A program made the translations under genes and the position numbers. From an uncultured Acidobacteriota bacterium (lineage in GTDB: Bacteria; Acidobacteriota; Thermoanaerobaculia; UBA5066; Gp7-AA6): a stretch of 64,000 nucleotides of DNA. The stretch covers positions 5,863-69,862 of the forward strand of contig CAVTEW010000002.1 in assembly GCA_963733955.1 (NCBI GenBank). The letters are read 5' to 3'. Shown here piece by piece: positions 58,841 through 64,000 of this stretch (the stretch's first letter is position 1; every line of letters begins with the position of its first letter). The notes under the pieces are model-generated. The model searched no databases. It was not told the origin of the DNA and saw only the letters and a program-made list of their open reading frames with translations.

Positions 58841-58868
58841 CGCCTAACGCCTAACGCCTAACGCCTTA
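58841..58868. repeat. Four tandem heptamers CGCCTAA x3 + CGCCTTA (the last contains the xfp stop codon)
   Basis: Read directly from the sequence. They are the near reverse complement of the GGCGTGA array 33 nt away. Confidence 0.8.
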
Positions 58869-61274
58869 CGACTTGGAGGTCCCAGTCGGCCACTTCCAGT
58901 TTGCGACTTCCGGCGGGTCGACGCCGTGGTCGGAGACGTAGGGCCGATGCCTGCGCACCTTCTCTTCGTACGCGCGGACGATCTCCTCGGCCCGCGCCGC
59001 CGAGGACGGCGTCCGCGCGGCGATCTTCTCGGCCGCCTGGATCACGATGTGGTAGCGGCTGGTGCGGTTGCGCACGTGCATGTCGAACGGAGTGGTGGTC
59101 GAACCCTCCTCCCGGTAGCCGTTGACGTCGAATCGCTCGTTGCCGGGCCGCTCCCAGCACAGCTGCTTGATGGCGGCGGTGTAGCCGTGGAAGTTGAAGA
59201 CGACCGGAACGGCGAGGGGGAAGAGGCGCTGAAAGCGGTCTTCGGTCAGACCGTGCGCGTATTTCTGGGGAATGCCGAGCGCCACCAGGTCCGTGACGTT
59301 GACGACGCGCACGCGCCAGTCCGGCGCCTCCGAGCGCAGGAGGGAAGCGGCGGCAAGGACCTCGATGGTCATGTTGTCCCCGCAGGCGGCCAGGACGACC
59401 TGGGGATCCTCCCCGCCGTTGGTGGAGGCCCAGCGCCAGATCGACGCTCCCAGCCGGCAATGCTCGACGGCCTCCGGGAGCGAGAGCCACTGGGCCATGG
59501 GCTGCTTGCCCGCGATGACGAGGTTGATGTAGTTGACGGACCGGAGACAGTGGTCGATCGTGGAGAGGAGGCTGTTGGCGTCGGGGGGCAGGTAGATCCG
59601 ATAGGTGTGCCCCTTCTTGGTCAGGAGATTGTTGATGAAGCCCGGCCCCTGGTGGGAAAACCCGTTGTGGTCCTGCCTCCAGGCCTCCGACGTCAGCAGA
59701 TAGTTGAGCGACGAGACCGGCTTCCTCCAGGACACCTCGCCGGAAGCCTTCAGGAACTTGGCGTACTGATTCATCATCCCGTCGATGATCGGGATGAACG
59801 CCTCGTAGCACGGAAAGAGCCCGTGCCGCCCGGTCAGCAGATACCCCTCGAGCCAACCCTGGCAGAGATGCTCGGAGAGGACCTCGAGCACCCGGCCGTC
59901 CCGCGCGGTCTTCTCCGTCCCCTCGGGCAGCGGCCAGTCGTACTGCCGCCGCGTCACGTCGAGGAGGCCGCCCAAGCGGTTGGACTCGAGCTCGTCGGGG
60001 CAGACGATCCGGAAGTTGCGGGCGCGCTCGTTGTCCGTCAGGACGTCGGAGAGGTAGCCGGTCAGGGCCTGCATGTGGCTCACCACAGTGCCGCCCCGCG
60101 CGCCCGGATCGACGGCGACGGCGTGCTTGGCCAGGGGCGGAAGCTCCAGGGCCACGCGGCGGTCCCCGCCGAACGTCGCGGGGTTCATGGCGATGCGCTG
60201 CGCGCGGGGCGGGCACAGCTCGAGCAGATCGGGCGACGGATGGCCGTCCCCGTCGAAGAGCTCCTCGGGCCGATAGGATCGGAGCCAGCGCTCCAGGATG
60301 GCCAGGTGCTCCGGATTCGTCTTGGGATCCTTGACCGGGACCTGGTGCGCCCGGAAGCTCCCTTCGATCCGCTCGCCGTCGATCTCGCGCGGGGCGCCCA
60401 TGCCCTTGGGCGTTTCCAGGATCAGGAGCGGCCAGCGCGGCCGGGGGTCGGGGGCGCCGGCGCGCGCCCGCCGCTGGATCTCCAGGATCTGCGCGTGCGC
60501 CCAGGACAGCGCCTGGTCGAGATCCGCGTCGAGCCGGTCGAGCTGCGAGACGAAACGGACCGCGTAGCCGTGGCCGGTGTACAGCGCCTCGAGCTCCTCG
60601 CGGCTCATCGACGCGGAGATCGTGGGGTTGGAGATCTTGAAGCCGTTCAAGTGCAGGATGGGCAGGACCGCTCCGTCCGCGGCGGGGTTGACGAACTTGA
60701 TGCCGGTCCACGCCCCCGCGGTGGGGGCCGTCTCGGCTTCTCCGTCGCCCACGATGCAGACCACCAGCAGCTCGGGGTTGTCCAGGGCCGCGCCGAACGA
60801 GGTCGACAGCGCGTAACCCAGCTCGCCCCCCTCGTGGATGACGCCGGGCAGCGCCGGGGAGAGGTGGCTGGGAAAGCCGTAGGGCCAGGAGAAACGGGTC
60901 ATGAGGCGCTCGAGTCCGGCCGCGTCGCGGGTGATATCCGGGTAGAACTCGGTCATCGTGCCCTCGATCCACATGTTGGCCATGTTCGCGGCGGCCCCGT
61001 GGCCCGGCCCGGTGACCAGCATCACCGACGCGCCGGTTCGGAGGATCAATCGGTTCAGGTGGGCGTAGACGAGGTTGATGCCGGGCGCCGTGCCCCAGTG
61101 CCCCAGGAGGCGATCCTTGATGTGCGCGGCCTCGAGCGGGCGCGCGAGCAGCGGATTGGACTTGAGATAGATCTGTCCCGCCGCGATGTAGTCGACGGCG
61201 CGGCGATAGCGGGCCAGGCTGGAATCGGGGCCCGGTCGCTCGGACGACGCGGGGCGTTGGAGAGCGGTGGCCAT
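58866..61274 (-). CDS. xfp: Xylulose-5-P/fructose-6-P phosphoketolase
   Basis: 802 aa. YRRAVDYIAAGQIYLKSNPL, GHWGTAPG, EGGELGY and the GDGEAETAPTA TPP motif. Confidence 0.95.
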   Translation of the reverse strand: MATALQRPASSERPGPDSSLARYRRAVDYIAAGQIYLKSNPLLARPLEAAHIKDRLLGHWGTAPGINLVYAHLNRLILRTGASVMLVTGPGHGAAANMANMWIEGTMTEFYPDITRDAAGLERLMTRFSWPYGFPSHLSPALPGVIHEGGELGYALSTSFGAALDNPELLVVCIVGDGEAETAPTAGAWTGIKFVNPAADGAVLPILHLNGFKISNPTISASMSREELEALYTGHGYAVRFVSQLDRLDADLDQALSWAHAQILEIQRRARAGAPDPRPRWPLLILETPKGMGAPREIDGERIEGSFRAHQVPVKDPKTNPEHLAILERWLRSYRPEELFDGDGHPSPDLLELCPPRAQRIAMNPATFGGDRRVALELPPLAKHAVAVDPGARGGTVVSHMQALTGYLSDVLTDNERARNFRIVCPDELESNRLGGLLDVTRRQYDWPLPEGTEKTARDGRVLEVLSEHLCQGWLEGYLLTGRHGLFPCYEAFIPIIDGMMNQYAKFLKASGEVSWRKPVSSLNYLLTSEAWRQDHNGFSHQGPGFINNLLTKKGHTYRIYLPPDANSLLSTIDHCLRSVNYINLVIAGKQPMAQWLSLPEAVEHCRLGASIWRWASTNGGEDPQVVLAACGDNMTIEVLAAASLLRSEAPDWRVRVVNVTDLVALGIPQKYAHGLTEDRFQRLFPLAVPVVFNFHGYTAAIKQLCWERPGNERFDVNGYREEGSTTTPFDMHVRNRTSRYHIVIQAAEKIAARTPSSAARAEEIVRAYEEKVRRHRPYVSDHGVDPPEVANWKWPTGTSKS

Positions 61275-61321
61275 AAGAGCTCCTGGCGGCGCCCCGCCGG
61301 ATCCAGGCGCCGCGAAGAAGT

Positions 61322-61337
61322 TGATGTAATCACATCA
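61322..61337. promoter_or_regulatory. Palindromic box TGATGTAATCACATCA
   Basis: Perfect 6+6 inverted repeat in the divergent xfp / membrane-protein region, 48-63 nt from the xfp ATG. Confidence 0.6.
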
Positions 61338-61373
61338 CGCCGCGTTCGGCGCGAGGTGTTTTCCTCGTACCTT

Positions 61374-61910
61374 ATGGTGTCGAGAGAGCGGTGGACCCCG
61401 GTCTCCATGAGCCTCATGGCTCGCGCGCTGGCCGGCTTCGGGCTGGCCGCGGCCGCGGCGGCGTCCTCCCCCCGGGCGCTGCCCATGATCCTGGGCGCCT
61501 ACGCCTTTGCCGACGCGCTCGTCCTGTTGCAGCTCTCTTCCGGGCTCCCGAGCCGCGCGCTGTTCGTGTCCGGCTTCGCGGGCCTGGCTCTGGCCGCGTT
61601 GTTGCTCCTTGCCCCTCCGGCCTCCGCCTTCGGCCTGAACGCGCTCGTGGGCGTGTGGGCCATGGCCATGGGGCTGCTCGGGCTCCTGGGCGCCGGCGCC
61701 TTCGGGGCCGTCCCCGTCGAGCGGTCCCTCTTCGCGTCGGGGAGCGTGGGGGGCATCGTGGTCGGAAGCTGGCTCGGAGTTTCTCCCCATGCGGCTGCGG
61801 CGACGCTCTCCGTTCTGATCGCCGCGCTCGGGCTCGCCGTCGGCGGTTCGTCGCTCGCCGTGGCCGTCCGGCGTCGATCTGATGCAGTCGCATCATGCGG
61901 TGGGGTCTGA
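61374..61910 (+). CDS. Hypothetical integral membrane protein (Gly/Ala-rich TM repeats, HdeD/DUF308-like)
   Basis: Only the last 178 codons of track ORF 58926..61910 are taken. They contain five or six hydrophobic segments. Confidence 0.55.
   Translation: MVSRERWTPVSMSLMARALAGFGLAAAAAASSPRALPMILGAYAFADALVLLQLSSGLPSRALFVSGFAGLALAALLLLAPPASAFGLNALVGVWAMAMGLLGLLGAGAFGAVPVERSLFASGSVGGIVVGSWLGVSPHAAAATLSVLIAALGLAVGGSSLAVAVRRRSDAVASCGGV
61881..61896. promoter_or_regulatory. Palindromic box TGATGCAGTCGCATCA
   Basis: Perfect 6+6 inverted repeat 80-95 nt upstream of the USP start at 61976 (inside the 3' end of the preceding ORF). Confidence 0.6.
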
Positions 61911-61975
61911 GGATCTGTTAATTCTGCAGGCAGGCAAAGGGGCGCCGGCACGCGGGCCGGCTTCAAGGAGTTCCC

Positions 61976-62431
61976 ATGAAGATTCTCGTAGCCACAGACG
62001 GATCCAGAGGCAGCACGGCGGCCCTGAGCTTCGCTGCGAAACTCGCCGGCGGCGAGGGCGCGGAGCTGATCGTGCTGACCGTCGATCCGAGCAACGGGTC
62101 GCGGCCCGGACTCCGCGAGGTCGGCAAGGACGGTCCCGCGGCGGCCGTGCGGCCGGAAGCGCGCAAGACCCTGGACGCGGCGGCGCGCGAGATCAAGCGT
62201 CACCACGCCAAGGCCCAGTTTCAGACGATCTCGGCGAGGCGGCAGGACGAGATTCCCGACGTGATCTCCCGGGAAGCCGATCGGATCAAGGCCGATCTCG
62301 TGATCGTCGGAAGCGAAGGCCGGGACACCCTGAACGAATGGGTCGTCGGCGGCGTCGCCCTGCGCCTGATCTACGTGGCGCGCCGGCCGGTCACGGTCGT
62401 GCGTCCGCCCCGGCGCCGGCAGGCGAGCTAG
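61976..62431 (+). CDS. Universal stress protein
   Basis: MKILVATDGSRGS..DLVIVGSEGRDTLNEWVVGGVALRLIYVARRPVTVV. SD AAGGAG. Confidence 0.88.
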   Translation: MKILVATDGSRGSTAALSFAAKLAGGEGAELIVLTVDPSNGSRPGLREVGKDGPAAAVRPEARKTLDAAAREIKRHHAKAQFQTISARRQDEIPDVISREADRIKADLVIVGSEGRDTLNEWVVGGVALRLIYVARRPVTVVRPPRRRQAS

Positions 62432-62461
62432 ATTGATCCGGGCCGAAGCCTAGATGTCAGG

Positions 62462-63136
62462 TTGAAGCCGGAGCAGACCTTGTTCCAGAATTCCGAAGCC
62501 CTGGACCGCATCTCCCGCAGCGGCGAGGCCGTGTTCGCGATCGACTCCGCGGATCGCATCGTTCTCTGGAACAAGCGGTGCGAGGAGCTGCTCGGCCGTC
62601 CGGCCAAGAGCGTCCTCGGCAAGCGCTGCTACGAGGTGATGGGCGGGCGCGACCCCAACGGCAACGTCTACTGTTATCGCAACTGCCCGGTCGCCTTCCA
62701 GTCGCGCGAGCGGCCCAAGGAGCCGGTCAAGCGCTTCGAGCTGTCCGTGGAGGGGCCCCGGGGAGGGCGCCGCTGGATCGAGGTCTCCATGTTCGCGATT
62801 CCGTCCTACCACCCCGCGCTGGCCACGGTGGTGCACGTGCTGCGCGAAGGGAAGGACAAAGAGACGCCGCTCGAGCACGCCCTGAGCCGCGAGGCCGAGG
62901 CCCGCGAGCCGCTCTGGCCAATGATGACCAACGACGGCAAGCCGGTCGACCTGACCAACCGCGAGAAGGAGATCCTGCGGTCGATGGCCGGGGGGCTCTC
63001 CACCGCCGCGATTTCCAGGCGGCTCTTCATCTCGCCGGTGACGGTCCGAAACCACATCCAGAACATCCTGCACAAGTTGAACGTCCACACCAAGCTCGCC
63101 GCCGTGGTCTTCGCCTACCAGCACGAGTTGATTTAG
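62462..63136 (+). CDS. PAS (4-Cys) + LuxR/GerE-type HTH one-component regulator
   Basis: PAS-like RIVLWNKRCEELLG.. with Cys spacing C-X15-C-X14-C-X3-C. C-terminal LTNREKEILRSMAGGLSTAAISRRLFISPVTVRNHIQNILHKL. The start is TTG 62462 or, better aligned with the paralogue, TTG 62480. Confidence 0.85.
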   Translation: MKPEQTLFQNSEALDRISRSGEAVFAIDSADRIVLWNKRCEELLGRPAKSVLGKRCYEVMGGRDPNGNVYCYRNCPVAFQSRERPKEPVKRFELSVEGPRGGRRWIEVSMFAIPSYHPALATVVHVLREGKDKETPLEHALSREAEAREPLWPMMTNDGKPVDLTNREKEILRSMAGGLSTAAISRRLFISPVTVRNHIQNILHKLNVHTKLAAVVFAYQHELI

Positions 63137-63276
63137 GCGGGACTCGGGATCGACGGAAGACTGAGGACTTCATCGGGCCGCGCCCGAATCTGTCTTTCCC
63201 CGAATCTCCGCCTGCAGGGCCACACGGAACTCATTCATCGCGAGCCCTTTAGCCTGGTGAAAACGCCTCATCGGCC

Positions 63277-63292
63277 TGATGTGGATTCATCA
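63277..63292. promoter_or_regulatory. Palindromic box TGATGTGGATTCATCA
   Basis: Exact core. First of two boxes upstream of the second PAS-LuxR gene. Confidence 0.55.
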
Positions 63293-63297
63293 GGAAT

Positions 63298-63313
63298 TGA
63301 TGCATTCGCATCA
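63298..63313. promoter_or_regulatory. Palindromic box TGATGCATTCGCATCA
   Basis: Perfect 6+6 inverted repeat. Its centre is 21 bp from the previous box, and it lies 47-62 nt upstream of ATG 63360. Confidence 0.6.
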
Positions 63314-63359
63314 TCACGGCGTTTCCGGGGCTGGGCAACGATAGGCCTCGGAGGACGCC

Positions 63360-64000
63360 ATGAGAGTTTTCGACGAGACGCTGGAACGGATCTCCCGCAG
63401 CGGCGAGGCGGTCTTCGCGATCGACGGAGCGGACCGGATCATCCTGTGGAACAAGGCCTGCGAAACGCTGGTCGGAAAGTCCGCCAAGAGCGTTCTCGGC
63501 AAGCCCTGTTACGACGCCATGTGCGGAAGGGATCCCAACGGCAACCTGTACTGCCATCGCAGCTGTCCGGTGGCCTACCAGGCCCGCGAAAAGACGGAAG
63601 ACCCCGTACACCGGTTCGAGCTCACGGTGAAGGCCGGAGACGGGAAGCTCCGCCAGTTCTCCACCTCCCTCTTCGCGATCCCGTCCTATCACCCGGCCCT
63701 GACGACGGTGGTGCACGTGCTGCGCCCGGTGACGGACGCCTCTCCGGCCGCCGCGCCGGCGATCGTTTCCGAGCCGCTCACGCCCCTGACCAACGGGGAC
63801 GGAGAAACGATCGCCCTGACGCCGCGCGAAAAGGAAGTCCTGCGCTGCCTGGCCCAGGGCCTGGCCACTCCGGCCATCTCGAAGAAGCTCTTCATCTCGG
63901 CGGTGACCGTGCGCAATCACATCCAGAACGTCCTGCAGAAGCTCGGCGTGCACTCCAAGCTCGAAGCGGTCGTGCTCGCGCACAAGCACCAGCTGATCTA
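63360..64000 (+). CDS. PAS (4-Cys) + LuxR/GerE-type HTH regulator, paralogue (stop codon cut by window end)
   Basis: My own translation is MRVFDETLERISRSGEAVFAIDGADRIILWNKACETLVG..CYDAMCGRDPNGNLYCHRSCPV..LTPREKEVLRCLAQGLATPAISKKLFISAVTVRNHIQNVLQKL..HKHQLI, followed by 'ta' at the window edge. SD GGAGGA. This ORF is not in the supplied ORF track. Confidence 0.85.
   Translation, partial: MRVFDETLERISRSGEAVFAIDGADRIILWNKACETLVGKSAKSVLGKPCYDAMCGRDPNGNLYCHRSCPVAYQAREKTEDPVHRFELTVKAGDGKLRQFSTSLFAIPSYHPALTTVVHVLRPVTDASPAAAPAIVSEPLTPLTNGDGETIALTPREKEVLRCLAQGLATPAISKKLFISAVTVRNHIQNVLQKLGVHSKLEAVVLAHKHQLI

Noticed and set aside
58741-58868. Possible CRISPR array or minisatellite-encoded peptide.
   Set aside because: The units are only 7 nt, with no spacers and no cas genes. 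All frames of the arrays contain stops on at least one strand.
58926-61373. The first roughly 816 codons of the 994-aa plus-strand ORF.
   Set aside because: This part is antisense to phosphoketolase. Only the hydrophobic C-terminal 178 codons, downstream of the xfp promoter region, look like a real gene.

Overview
Very GC-rich bacterial chromosomal window (G+C judged by eye, not computed). A TonB-dependent receptor indicates a diderm. I count about 60 genes and see no rRNA, CRISPR array, transposase or integrase.

The 5' end holds an arsenic cluster (ArsI/CadI-like, acr3, arsC) next to a tRNA-Sec (anticodon TCA).

Most of the rest is an unusually dense stress and energy-limitation gene set:
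- 7 universal stress protein (USP) genes and 7 stand-alone CBS-pair genes.
- A nitroreductase, PfkB kinase, phosphoribosyltransferase, SERCA/CtpF-like P-type ATPase, HPF, archease-RtcB, a BON protein and a Pat-like GNAT/ADP-forming acyl-CoA synthetase.
- A KaiC homologue coupled to a hybrid histidine kinase.
- A feoB operon.
- Phosphoketolase plus acetate kinase.
- Pyruvate:ferredoxin oxidoreductase (PFOR) plus a DHOD-like flavoprotein.
- A six-gene membrane complex related to group-4 hydrogenases and complex I. Its catalytic subunit lacks the NiFe cysteine ligands (Ehr type), and two HTH-EIIA regulators precede it.
- Two tandem PAS-LuxR one-component regulators with four conserved cysteines, at the 3' end.

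The most notable thing read directly from the DNA is a 16-bp palindrome, TGATSN-N4-NSATCA. It recurs in at least 16 promoter regions of exactly these genes. That implies a single, apparently undescribed regulon whose content parallels the mycobacterial DosR dormancy regulon but whose operator is different.

Other oddities:
- Heptanucleotide tandem repeats placed right after stop codons, including a 9-copy versus 4-copy complementary set between xfp and ackA.
- A 42-nt perfect internal repeat in a repeat protein.
- A truncated ZnuA-like gene.

Many long ORFs in the six-frame track are GC-driven antisense artefacts and were ignored.
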